A stretch of DNA of 64,000 bases from positions 83,120-147,119 of the forward strand of contig JBBSVO010000003.1 in the NCBI GenBank assembly GCA_038046805.1, given 5' to 3'. This stretch comes from Candidatus Micrarchaeota archaeon. GTDB lineage: Archaea > Micrarchaeota > Micrarchaeia > Anstonellales > Bilamarchaeaceae. This document shows, piece by piece, positions 50,119 to 59,432 of the stretch; position 1 is the stretch's first letter; each line of letters starts with the position of its first letter. The translations under genes were made by a program, and so were the position numbers. A model generated the notes under the pieces. The model searched no databases. It saw only the letters and a list, made by a program, of their open reading frames with translations, and was not told the DNA's origin.

Positions 50119-51234
50119 ATGAAACACACGATTGCGACATTGGGGAGTCATTCCGCGCTTGACGTATGCGAAGGCGCGATGCAGGAAGGTTTTGGCACTC
50201 TTGTAGCAGCTCAACGGGGGAGGGAGAAAACCTATCTCGGATACTACAAAAAAAGAAAGCGTGGGAAGGGAAAGAATGCGGAAACCGTAGGAGTAATTGA
50301 CGAAGTCCTTCTCCTGAATAAATTTTCAGACATCACACAGGCGGAAAAAATAAATTTCATGAAAAAACGGAATTGTATATTTGTTCCGAACCGCTCGTTT
50401 TCCGTATACGTTGGCTATGATGCGATTGAGAACACGAAGGTATTTCCTATACCTATTTTCGGAAACCGCTATCTTCTTAGGGCGGAAGAGCGGGATGCTG
50501 AAAAAAACCAGTATTATCTGATGGAAAAGGCGGGAATACGGTATCCGAAAACGATCAGCTCTCCTGAGAAGATTGACAGGCTTTGCATAGTAAAAGTAAG
50601 CGAAGCAAAGCGAAGTTACGAACGCGCGTTTTTCCTTGCATCTAATCCAGAGGAATATGCAACAAAAAGTGCGCAGCATTTGCGTGAAGGGAAGATAACC
50701 CGCGAAGGGCTTGCAAAGGCACGAATAGAAGAATTCGTAATTGGCGCGCAATTCAATCTCAACTTTTTCTACTCACCAGTTCATGAAGAGCTTGAACTGC
50801 TCGGACTGGACACAAGGCGCCAGACCAACCTTGACGGCCTGCTCAGAATGCCAGCGGACGTCCAGCTTGAGGCACTAAAGAGCATGCACCCGAGAAATAT
50901 AGAAGTCGGACATATCGCCTGCACGATCCGCGAATCATTGCTTGAGCAGGTGTTTGATTTGGGCGAACGATTCGTGGATGCAGTTCAGAAAGAGCCTAAA
51001 TACAAGGCAGGTCTCATCGGTCCGTTTGCGCTCCAATGCGCGATTACCGAAGAGGACGGGAAGGAAGATTTCGTCTGCTTTGACATTTCGTTCCGTATGC
51101 CTGGTTCCCCTGGAACGCGGTTCACACCGTATTCGGAATATTTATTCGGAAAATCCGTTTCGTTCGGAAGAAGAATTGCGATGGAAATAAAAAAAGCGGA
51201 AAGAGAGAAGATGATTGGAAAGGTAACTACGTAA
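50119..51234 (+). CDS. purP: PurP-family ATP-grasp ligase (FAICAR synthetase-like), paralog 1
   Basis: IATLGSHSAL, VPNRSF, FGNR, IRESLLE, IGPFALQ, PGSPG, GRRIAMEI. Confidence 0.88.
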   Translation: MKHTIATLGSHSALDVCEGAMQEGFGTLVAAQRGREKTYLGYYKKRKRGKGKNAETVGVIDEVLLLNKFSDITQAEKINFMKKRNCIFVPNRSFSVYVGYDAIENTKVFPIPIFGNRYLLRAEERDAEKNQYYLMEKAGIRYPKTISSPEKIDRLCIVKVSEAKRSYERAFFLASNPEEYATKSAQHLREGKITREGLAKARIEEFVIGAQFNLNFFYSPVHEELELLGLDTRRQTNLDGLLRMPADVQLEALKSMHPRNIEVGHIACTIRESLLEQVFDLGERFVDAVQKEPKYKAGLIGPFALQCAITEEDGKEDFVCFDISFRMPGSPGTRFTPYSEYLFGKSVSFGRRIAMEIKKAEREKMIGKVTT

Positions 51235-51282
51235 AATAAGGTAAGTGAACTACCCACGGCTGAAGCCGTGGGCTTCCACGAC

Positions 51283-51756
51283 TCAAAAGAAAGCAGATAG
51301 TTGCGCCTGTTTTGCTTCCTCCCTTGCGTCGTAAATTGACTGGTTTAATTCCTTGAACTTATGCCCTTCAATGTAATGCCCTATGGTATCTGATTTTACG
51401 TTGCTTATGCTCCTGCAAAACTTTCCGGGAGACCAGAAATGTCCTTTCCCGAATACGTTTCTCAGCCATGGAAAAGCGGCAAAAACCGAATGGCTTGACC
51501 TGCCCTTGAAAAGCCTCATGGCTTCTGACGGACTCGTATTGAATGGCAGGGAAACGAAAAGATGCACGTGCTCGGAGGCAATTTCCATGGAGTGAATCAA
51601 AATATTGTATTGGTGGGCAGTGTTAATTATGCTCTGCCACAAAAACCGTTTCACATCACCAACCATTACTGCTTTTCTGTATTTCGGGCACCACTCAAGA
51701 TGAAACTGATTTAAACCCACGCTCCTATTACTTGATACAAAGCTTACGCTAGTCAT
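51283..51756 (-). CDS. tnpA: IS200/IS605 Y1 HUH transposase
   Basis: HLEWCPKYRK, HUH motif EHVHL, FKGRSS, FWSPG, catalytic YIEGH. Confidence 0.95.
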   Translation of the reverse strand: MTSVSFVSSNRSVGLNQFHLEWCPKYRKAVMVGDVKRFLWQSIINTAHQYNILIHSMEIASEHVHLFVSLPFNTSPSEAMRLFKGRSSHSVFAAFPWLRNVFGKGHFWSPGKFCRSISNVKSDTIGHYIEGHKFKELNQSIYDAREEAKQAQLSAFF

Positions 51757-51777
51757 TTCAACAACTCCGTAGCCGTC

Positions 51778-51837
51778 TTGTCAAGAACGACGAATCGTTC
51801 TTGATCATGCTCGTGAACGAAACGTCGTTCACGACAT
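51778..51837. repeat. Double-hairpin repeat, family A
   Basis: Reverse complement is 51/60 identical to 33276-33335 inside the tRNA-Lys intron. Confidence 0.9.
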
Positions 51838-51956
51838 CTCTTGGAAGGTTGTGCGCCGCCTGCGGCGGCGCGCCGGCTACAGGGCATAAAAACAGTGAAA
51901 AAATAAGAAGAAAACGAATTTTTGACATAAAAAAAGAAGGGGGTCGCTTTCATCTA

Positions 51957-52014
51957 CGCGAATGAACGGCGCTCCGTTCATTGCGCCCATTGTTCGAGCC
52001 GTCGAACAATCGGG
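51957..52014. repeat. Double-hairpin repeat, family B
   Basis: CGCGAATGAACGGCGCTCCGTTCATTGCG CCCATTGTTCGAGCCGTCGAACAATCGGG. Confidence 0.85.
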
Positions 52015-52037
52015 ACGGCTAAAGCCGTGTTGCTGAG

Positions 52038-52391
52038 TTGTTTCTGGGTCAGGTTTCCCGCGCCCCCCTTAAACCCCCTCGACTAAATTGGGGTGCAATC
52101 ATATTATTTCTATTGGCATGGGCAATATCAATAAGTCCAGCGATAGAAAGCATGCTTGGCAAAGAAGTCCGGTATAATCCGTTTGACCTGGAAAAAAATT
52201 GGCAAAGACACGTGATTGGCATTGGTTTTATTCTGGCTGCGTTTTATTATAATTTTTCTCAATTCGAATCCAGGCTCGGATTAAAAACAGGTCCATTTGA
52301 CATGGGCATACTCTTTTTCGGAGCATTCGCTGTGGTCGCATATATCCTAAATGAATGGATTGTGATGATATCGACAAATGAATTTGCCTAG
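52038..52391 (+). CDS. Small membrane protein; start uncertain, possibly 5'-truncated by the IS
   Basis: Three hydrophobic segments from ~52095; the ORF N-terminus lies in structured IS-flanking DNA. Confidence 0.45.
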   Translation: MFLGQVSRAPLKPPRLNWGAIILFLLAWAISISPAIESMLGKEVRYNPFDLEKNWQRHVIGIGFILAAFYYNFSQFESRLGLKTGPFDMGILFFGAFAVVAYILNEWIVMISTNEFA

Positions 52392-52400
52392 TTCGTTCAA

Positions 52401-52805
52401 TTAATTCCCAACCGCATTAATTACTGCTTCTCCAAGAATTCTCAGCGCTTTTCTGGGCTTATCTACATTCATGGCAAATATCCCATGGTCACTGTCGCTT
52501 GAGACTAGATGAACATTCTCAATATTCACCCGATTCTGGGAAAGTTTTGAAGTCAGTGAATTTATTCCTCCAAGAACATTGCCTACCCGTACAAACAGCG
52601 TATCGGATTCCGAAACATTGTAGCCGCTTTCGCGCAATGAAGATGAAGCTTTTTGAGCATCCTTGAGAGTAAGTGAAATAATCGCATCCCCGCCAACAAC
52701 ATCAACGCTAACACCATCTATGTTTATGTTTCGTTTTCCAAGGATATAAGAAATATCCGCAAGCAAACCAACCTTGTCCTTGGAAACTACTGTTATTGTC
52801 TTCAT
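52401..52805 (-). CDS. Tandem ACT-domain protein
   Basis: DKVGLLADISYILGKRNINI. Confidence 0.9.
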   Translation of the reverse strand: MKTITVVSKDKVGLLADISYILGKRNINIDGVSVDVVGGDAIISLTLKDAQKASSSLRESGYNVSESDTLFVRVGNVLGGINSLTSKLSQNRVNIENVHLVSSDSDHGIFAMNVDKPRKALRILGEAVINAVGN

Positions 52806-52874
52806 ACGATCACCCTCCAGTAAAATGCACCATGTATCCTAATCACTCAAAAATGGCATGCAACCGCATGCCTG

Positions 52875-53216
52875 TCAAATAATACTTGCCACGTCACTTG
52901 TTATCGAATCAAGGCTTCTGAAAATTTCATAGCCACTATCATCTTTTGTGGAAACAAGGGCTCGTACCTTGGCTCTATTGAGCATCTTCAAAACCCGCAC
53001 GCGCTCTTGAGTATCTAGTTCGGATACCACACCTCTTCGCAAAACACTTCTTATCCGCTTTGCGACATCCACAACCCGTCCGCCAGTCTTGGACGGAAAA
53101 TCTGCATCCACATAGCGTTCTAGTTCAGATGCAAGGTTAAGAAATTCCGTTCTTCTGGCAAATTGAGGCGTTTCTAAACCCAAAAATTCCTTCAGAACTC
53201 CAAACATATTCCCCAC
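52875..53216 (-). CDS. Hypothetical protein
   Basis: 113-aa helical ORF. Confidence 0.6.
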   Translation of the reverse strand: MGNMFGVLKEFLGLETPQFARRTEFLNLASELERYVDADFPSKTGGRVVDVAKRIRSVLRRGVVSELDTQERVRVLKMLNRAKVRALVSTKDDSGYEIFRSLDSITSDVASII

Positions 53217-53314
53217 CCCAGGGGGATTAACAATGTGAACTATATATAGTTTACGTTCAAAAAAATGTGAGAAATAACATAAGGCATATAAAGATTATGT
53301 TATAATACACACTT

Positions 53315-53821
53315 ATGACACGAAAAATAGGTAAAATATTCGGAAATTACGATGAGTTTGACTTTCTTATATTAAAGGAACTGAGAAACCAGGCCAAAAT
53401 CCCGATTCGCTCGCTTGCTAACAAGACCGGCTTGCACCCAAATACTCTTTTGCAGAGAATAAAAAAACTTGAGAAAGATGGGATTATAGTAAAATATGCT
53501 GCGGAATTGAACTATGCAAAGCTCGGCTTTGACCTGCACGCGATAATATTTATCGAAGTAACCCACAAGGCACACAAAGAATGGGATGTGGCAAAAGAAC
53601 TGGGGAGCATACCTGAGATTCTGGCGCTTTATTCCATAACCGGGGATTATGACATAGTCGCGATAGTGAAAACAAAAAACAACGAAAGCCTCTCAAAGAT
53701 TATACGGGAACTTAGTAAAAGAGATTATATAACCAGAACGTATACCCATGTCGTTCTATATGCATACAAGCACAGCTATGAGTTTAATCCGTTTAATGGA
53801 ATGATGATAACTGAGAGATAG
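53315..53821 (+). CDS. Lrp/AsnC family regulator
   Basis: DEFDFLILKEL...RIKKLEKDGII, ITGDYD. Confidence 0.92.
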   Translation: MTRKIGKIFGNYDEFDFLILKELRNQAKIPIRSLANKTGLHPNTLLQRIKKLEKDGIIVKYAAELNYAKLGFDLHAIIFIEVTHKAHKEWDVAKELGSIPEILALYSITGDYDIVAIVKTKNNESLSKIIRELSKRDYITRTYTHVVLYAYKHSYEFNPFNGMMITER

Positions 53822-53877
53822 ACGCCACACCGGCAGAGATTGTTGGATTTTTAACCATTTCGCTTCACAGATAGTAT

Positions 53878-54927
53878 ATGGCTCTAAAGGACAAAATATC
53901 AGATATATTAGACAGTTACAGGAATTTCACGATTGCAACGATTTGTTCTCATTCTTCATTGCAGATTTTTCATGGCGCACGGCAGGAAGGGATTAAAACA
54001 ATTGGAATCGTGCGAAAGGACAGAAAAACACTTTACGAGTCGTTTCCATATGGAAAGCCAGATGAATTTATTGTAGTTGACGACTACTCAAAATTCCCTG
54101 TGAACGAACTCGTTGCAAAAAACGCAATTGTTGTGCCGCACGGATCCTTTGTCGAATATGTTGGCGAAAAAGTAGACAACCTGGCTGTGCCGATATACGG
54201 AAATCGCGCATCACTCGCATGGGAAAGAAGCAGGGAAAAAATGTTCGAATGGATGCATAAAGCAGGGGTAAAAACCCCAAGGATTCTGAAGCCAGAAGAA
54301 ATAGATGGCCCAGCACTTGTAAAATTTCCAGGGGCCAAAGGCGGAAAAGGATATTTTATTGTTAATTCGCAAAAGGAATTCGAGGAGAGAATGCGCGAAA
54401 CTGGAAACACCGAATATATGATACAGGAGTTCATCATAGGCGTGCGGGCATACCCCCATTTTTTCTTTACTCCGTTCGGAAACAGCGGATACAAAACAGC
54501 AAGGGGAAGAATAGAACTTTTGGGAATGGACAAACGCGTTGAAAGCAGTGCTGACGAAATAGCACGTGCGGTTTCAGTAGGACTTAAACCACGACTTTCA
54601 TTCACAGTGACTGGTAATGAACCAATCGTCCTTAGAGAATCTCTCCTTTCAGATTACATGGAAATCGGCAGGAAGATAAGTGACACGTCATTTGACCTGT
54701 TTGGAGGAATGTTTGGCCCATATTGTGTTGAAACAATAATCAATGACGACTTGGAGATATTTGCCTTTGAAATAAGCGCGAGAATCGTTGCCGGGACAAA
54801 TGTTTACCCGGAGGGTTCCCCGTATTCTATCTATTATCACAAAGAACCGATGAGTATGGGCAGAAGAATCGCAAAAGAACTAAAGAATGCAAAGAAAAAA
54901 GGAAAGCTCTCGGAAATAGTATTTTAG
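53878..54927 (+). CDS. purP: PurP-family FAICAR synthetase, paralog 2
   Basis: IATICSHSSLQI, VPHGSF, PGAKGGKG, FEISARIVAGTN, MGRRIA. Confidence 0.92.
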   Translation: MALKDKISDILDSYRNFTIATICSHSSLQIFHGARQEGIKTIGIVRKDRKTLYESFPYGKPDEFIVVDDYSKFPVNELVAKNAIVVPHGSFVEYVGEKVDNLAVPIYGNRASLAWERSREKMFEWMHKAGVKTPRILKPEEIDGPALVKFPGAKGGKGYFIVNSQKEFEERMRETGNTEYMIQEFIIGVRAYPHFFFTPFGNSGYKTARGRIELLGMDKRVESSADEIARAVSVGLKPRLSFTVTGNEPIVLRESLLSDYMEIGRKISDTSFDLFGGMFGPYCVETIINDDLEIFAFEISARIVAGTNVYPEGSPYSIYYHKEPMSMGRRIAKELKNAKKKGKLSEIVF

Positions 54928-54982
54928 ATAAAATGCACTCAAACAATCATAAGTAAAAATGCTTCTTTTCATAAGGCATATC

Positions 54983-55681
54983 ATGGACAACGAGAGAAAA
55001 CCATCTCATATTGCGATAATCCCTGATGGAAATCGCAGATGGGGCGAATTGCAGGGCATTACAAAGCAAGAGGCGTATGCAACAGGCATAAGAAAAATTG
55101 GCGATATCGCAAAATGGTGCAGGGACGAAGGCATCCATATGCTGACTATGTGGGGTTTCAGCTCAGAGAACTTTGAGCGAGACTCCGCGGAGATCGGCGG
55201 GTTGTTCGAACTTTTCAAGAAAAATCTTATAGATATTCTTACGAGCAATGGGAAAGAAAAACAACAGATACGTGTTCGGTTTTTAGGCCGAATCGGAAAA
55301 TTCCCCAAGGCAGTGCAGGAACTGATGAAAAAAGTTGAGCAGGAGACTGCGGGCAATTCGGAATACCAGCTCAATCTTCTTTTATCGTACGGTGGAAGAG
55401 ACGAGATCATTGACGCAGTCAAGGAGATAATACAAAGCGGGAAAAAAGCGGAAGAAATCGATGAGAAAACAATCGCAGAACATCTTTACACGCGCGGGCT
55501 TCCTGATCCAGATCTGATAATACGTACATCGGGTGAACTGCGCCTCAGCGGGCTTATGCCCTGGCAAACGGTTTATAGCGAGCTTTACTTCTGCAAAAAA
55601 CTCTGGCCGGATTTTGCAAAAGAGGATTTTCTTGATGCGCTTTCAGACTATGCAAAGAGAAGGAGAAGATTTGGGAAATAA
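54983..55681 (+). CDS. uppS: cis-prenyltransferase (polyprenyl diphosphate synthase)
   Basis: HIAIIPDGNRRW, FSSENF, YGGRDEI, DLIIRTSGELRLSG. Confidence 0.96.
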   Translation: MDNERKPSHIAIIPDGNRRWGELQGITKQEAYATGIRKIGDIAKWCRDEGIHMLTMWGFSSENFERDSAEIGGLFELFKKNLIDILTSNGKEKQQIRVRFLGRIGKFPKAVQELMKKVEQETAGNSEYQLNLLLSYGGRDEIIDAVKEIIQSGKKAEEIDEKTIAEHLYTRGLPDPDLIIRTSGELRLSGLMPWQTVYSELYFCKKLWPDFAKEDFLDALSDYAKRRRRFGK

Positions 55682-55699
55682 CCAGACATGGATTAATGG

Positions 55700-56050
55700 G
55701 TGAACCCAGTGAAAATAAAAACAATCGAAGGAAAAATCATCTGCGAAACATGCGAAAAGGCAGATACTTCGCTGGCCCGCATACGAGGGCTAATGTTCTC
55801 GGAAAAAAGAAATATTTTATTTGTGTTTCCGCACGATGGAATCCAGCCGATCCACTCATTATTCGTATTTTTTCCGTTTCACGCGATTTATCTGGACGAA
55901 GAAATGCGCGTTGTGGAAATGTTCCGCGTTGAACCATTCGCGCTTCTTGTACGCAATACAAAACCTGCGAGATATCTTCTTGAAATCTCAGAGGGCACTT
56001 GTCAAGTGCCGCAAATTGGTGACAAATTATGCTTGGATGGAAAATGCTAA
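55700..56050 (+). CDS. DUF192 family protein
   Basis: ADTSLARIRGLMF, ILFVF, IHSLFVFFP, ARYLLE. Confidence 0.85.
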   Translation: MNPVKIKTIEGKIICETCEKADTSLARIRGLMFSEKRNILFVFPHDGIQPIHSLFVFFPFHAIYLDEEMRVVEMFRVEPFALLVRNTKPARYLLEISEGTCQVPQIGDKLCLDGKC

Positions 56051-57474
56051 ACAACGGAGATTATAAGCTTGGATTCCCTGTTCTCAGTGAAGAGGAAATA
56101 CGGGCAGTGTTATACGCAGAGGAAAAATTCAAAGACGAAACAAGAACGCACGAAATCATTGATGAAAAGGAAGCCATGAATATATTTTCAGAACTCGTTT
56201 CCGAGTATGCGGAGAGAAATAAGGCATATCTTACCAGAAAACAAGAGGAGTATCTTACAAAAATAGCATTTCTCCATACATGCAAATTCGCATTCTTATC
56301 TCTTCTTCTTGATGATAAGGAGATAGAAGAAATAAGCATCATAGGTCCGAATATTCCGGCATATGTATTTTTGCGGGACAACGGCTGGAAAACAACAAAT
56401 GCGTGTTTTGAAAGCGAACAGGGAATATCTGAAATAATAAATAAAATGGCCAGCGAAGCAGGAAGAAGAATTACGCTCCAAAACCCCCGGCTCTCGGCAG
56501 TTTTACCAGATGGTTCACGACTTCATGCATCGTTGCCACCAGTATCAAAAGGCGAAATAACAATAAGAAAATTCAGGGAACGGCCATTTTCGCCAAAAGA
56601 ACTCTGTGAACACGGGACAGTGAGTCCCGAGGCAATTGCCCTACTGTCACTGATTATGCAGGGAGACTTTTCTGTTGCGATAGCAGGAAACACTGCAAGT
56701 GGAAAAACAACAACACTTAATTCACTGTTCTCGTTTGTTCCTGCAAACGAAAGAATTATCATCACTGAAGAAACACCGGAAATAAACATTCCTCATCCAC
56801 ACCAACTCAGATTAGTTGCAAACTCAGATATGAATATCGATCTAAAGGACCTGGTATATGACAGCCTGAGGATGAGACCAGATAGAATGATAGTTGGAGA
56901 AGTGAGAAATCAGGAAGAAATTGAGGCCTTATTTGATGTTCTTCTTGGTGGCCAGGCACGAGGAACTTATGCCACATTCCATGCACAAAGTGCAGAAGAA
57001 GGAATGCAAAGAATACGGTCGTTTGGAATAAATGAAAACGACCTTAACAGTCTTGACCTGATAGTCGTTCAGAGAAGGATGTTAAAATATAATACAAAAA
57101 CAGGATCTGGAAAGGAAATTAGAAGAATAATAGAAATATGCGAGATAGAAGGAGGAAACCCATCTCCGCTTTTTGCTTATGATGCACGAACAGACCGCCT
57201 TGAATCAAGAGTCTCAATTTCTGGCAAACGTGCTGGAAGACACGGAGGAACCGGGATTTTGGAAAGACTCGCAGACGATCTGAGACTTAGCAAAAAAGAG
57301 CTTTGTATAGAAATTGAAAAAAGAAAAAAACTGATCAAAGACTCTGAAAACGACTTTCACACGGCATTTAGGAGAATACAAAAACAGCTTTTCAATATAG
57401 ACGCACCAGATGTAGGCAACCGAACGAAACATGATCACACTACACAGGACGAGGATGAAGATGAAGATTATTGA
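56044..57474 (+). CDS. Type II/IV secretion / type IV pilus ATPase (TadA/FlaI-like)
   Basis: LPDGSR, TIRKF, GNTASGKTT, LRMRPDRMIVGEVR, TFHA. Confidence 0.95.
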   Translation: MLNNGDYKLGFPVLSEEEIRAVLYAEEKFKDETRTHEIIDEKEAMNIFSELVSEYAERNKAYLTRKQEEYLTKIAFLHTCKFAFLSLLLDDKEIEEISIIGPNIPAYVFLRDNGWKTTNACFESEQGISEIINKMASEAGRRITLQNPRLSAVLPDGSRLHASLPPVSKGEITIRKFRERPFSPKELCEHGTVSPEAIALLSLIMQGDFSVAIAGNTASGKTTTLNSLFSFVPANERIIITEETPEINIPHPHQLRLVANSDMNIDLKDLVYDSLRMRPDRMIVGEVRNQEEIEALFDVLLGGQARGTYATFHAQSAEEGMQRIRSFGINENDLNSLDLIVVQRRMLKYNTKTGSGKEIRRIIEICEIEGGNPSPLFAYDARTDRLESRVSISGKRAGRHGGTGILERLADDLRLSKKELCIEIEKRKKLIKDSENDFHTAFRRIQKQLFNIDAPDVGNRTKHDHTTQDEDEDEDY

Positions 57475-58933
57475 AATTCTCACAGCAATGTCTGAAAAAA
57501 TGCCTGGATTTCCATTGGAAAGCAGTTCTGCTGAAAAACTGTTGTTGAAACACCAGGATTATAATCCAAAGAAATATGTCACGGCATCATTTCTTGTAGC
57601 AATCGCCATCAGTCTGATCGTTTTTGCATTTTATTCAGTTATTGGAATGTTTCTTGCATTTGCAGGATGTTTTTTTGTTTTTCTGAAACTTCCTGAGATT
57701 GAAATCAAAATTATTGATGAAAAGATGGAGGCAGAAATGCCGATTGTCTTGACAAATTTACACCTTCATCTTAAAACCGGGATTCAATTCAGGCGCGCGC
57801 TGGAACTTTCGTGCGAAGATGGTGAATTCTCCGGGAGAATGCGCGAAGCATTAAGAAATGTTGAAAGCGGATCAACAATTCAATCTGCATTTGCACAGAT
57901 TTATTCGAAGACAAACTCCCCGCGAATCAAGATGGCGATTTCCCAGACATTGAGCGCATATGAGCATGGAGGAGAAGCACGTGAGATAGGCGCGTTCGCA
58001 GATTCGATGCTTTCAATGCAGCACCATAAGCTCAGGGATACCTCTTCAAAACTTGGGATGATTGGCCTTATTTTCGTCACTGTTTCTGTGGTTGCACCGA
58101 CATTTTTTCTAATAGGTGCAATTCTCTCAAAACCACTATTCAACGTGGAAATAGGAACCTTCCAACTCGCAATAATTCTGCTCGTGTTATTTCCATTGGT
58201 TTCATTTGCAGTACTCTACGCAGGAAATGCAATAATGCCTGCATTTTATTTATCCGCGACTAAAACCCGAAGAAATCTTAATCCATACTCAGTATATCTC
58301 CTGGAAAAAAAGACTGAAGAAATAGAAAATGCGCTCCCTGACGCACTGATTGCCATGTCAACACTTCCAAAAGGAGCAAATATCAAAAAGATTCTTGGTG
58401 TGATTGCAAATTCTTCTTCAAAGGAATTGACCAACGAGGGGCAAATAATGATAAGACAGCTTGAATCAGGGATTACCCCTCAAAAAGCGCTGGAAGATTT
58501 TTACATGAGAAATAAATCTCCCATAGTACGCAGGACTGTGACCGCCATAGAGCAGATAGTTGGAACCGGAAGAATGGAAAGTGTTTCTTCAGTAGCAGAA
58601 TCAATAATAAAGTTTTTTGAGATAAAACGAGCCAGGGCAAACATTCTCTCGATGCATAAGTATACGCTTATTTTCGGAGCCCTGTTGGTTCCTGCGATAA
58701 TGGCAGGTACGATTTCATTCACAAAGAACCTAACTAATGGATTTGGCAGTTCTGATATGATTATAACAAAGGCACCAGAAATAATTTCAATATACCTTAT
58801 AATATATTCCGTGCTTGTCTCATTGTATATAGCTGATGCGGAAGGAAAACGCTCGCTCGCATTGCCTTATGCGGGAGTTCTTTCTTTTGTTTCGGTGATG
58901 TTGTTTAATACTATTGGAATGGTGTGGGGTTGA
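57461..58933 (+). CDS. Type II secretion system F / TadC-like membrane platform (two domains)
   Basis: MEAEMP and IENALPDAL repeats with TMs; follows the ATPase. Confidence 0.85.
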   Translation: MKIIEILTAMSEKMPGFPLESSSAEKLLLKHQDYNPKKYVTASFLVAIAISLIVFAFYSVIGMFLAFAGCFFVFLKLPEIEIKIIDEKMEAEMPIVLTNLHLHLKTGIQFRRALELSCEDGEFSGRMREALRNVESGSTIQSAFAQIYSKTNSPRIKMAISQTLSAYEHGGEAREIGAFADSMLSMQHHKLRDTSSKLGMIGLIFVTVSVVAPTFFLIGAILSKPLFNVEIGTFQLAIILLVLFPLVSFAVLYAGNAIMPAFYLSATKTRRNLNPYSVYLLEKKTEEIENALPDALIAMSTLPKGANIKKILGVIANSSSKELTNEGQIMIRQLESGITPQKALEDFYMRNKSPIVRRTVTAIEQIVGTGRMESVSSVAESIIKFFEIKRARANILSMHKYTLIFGALLVPAIMAGTISFTKNLTNGFGSSDMIITKAPEIISIYLIIYSVLVSLYIADAEGKRSLALPYAGVLSFVSVMLFNTIGMVWG

Positions 58934-58934
58934 A

Positions 58935-59432
58935 ATGGACCGAATAACCACTGTGATATCAACTTTGAATGATCCGCTGATTACCGCAGTTTCGCTTGCG
59001 ATAAATGATAAAGTGATTTTTATTGCACTGATAACCGTACTTATTTTCTTATTTGAAAAAAGAACCGAGAAAATACTAAAGATATTCCTTGTACTTCTCA
59101 CTGCATTTGTATTGGCATCGGCAGCAAAGGAAGTTCTGAGGCTGGAAAGACCATGCGATTCCGCAATGACAAAGATTCAGTGCCCGGATGATTTCTCATT
59201 TCCAAGCAATCATGCAGCCCTTGCATTTACGCTTGCACTTGCATTCATAAACAAGAAAACATACCCTATGCTGATGGGATTTGCAATTCTCACTGCATTC
59301 AGCAGAATATATCTGGGAGTGCATACATTTGAGGATATTGTAGGAGGACTTGTTATTGCTCCGATTGCATACCAAACCGTTGAAATATTCTGGAAGACTA
59401 AAGAGGAAAAACCATGGGAGAAGAAAAAATAG
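58935..59432 (+). CDS. PAP2 family phosphatase
   Basis: K......RP, SFPSNH, SRIYLGVH...D. Confidence 0.93.
   Translation: MDRITTVISTLNDPLITAVSLAINDKVIFIALITVLIFLFEKRTEKILKIFLVLLTAFVLASAAKEVLRLERPCDSAMTKIQCPDDFSFPSNHAALAFTLALAFINKKTYPMLMGFAILTAFSRIYLGVHTFEDIVGGLVIAPIAYQTVEIFWKTKEEKPWEKKK

Larger units (their letters stand above)
51243..52030 (-). mobile_element. IS200/IS605-family element with tnpA only and a structured leader; upstream boundary uncertain (may extend to ~52100)
   Basis: Subterminal hairpins CCCACGGCTGAAGCCGTGGG (51253-51272) and ACGGCTAAAGCCGT (52015-52028) flank tnpA. Confidence 0.75.

Noticed and set aside
51753..51953. 66-aa ORF upstream of tnpA as a partner gene or tnpB remnant
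   Set aside because: Composed of hairpin repeats; no RuvC or zinc-finger motifs.
52030..52100. SRP or RNase P RNA
   Set aside because: G-rich start on the minus strand, but no SRP helix-8 or RNase P GAGGAAAGTCC motif.
50119..54927. Two purP paralogs as a novelty
   Set aside because: Multiple PurP-like genes are already known in archaea.
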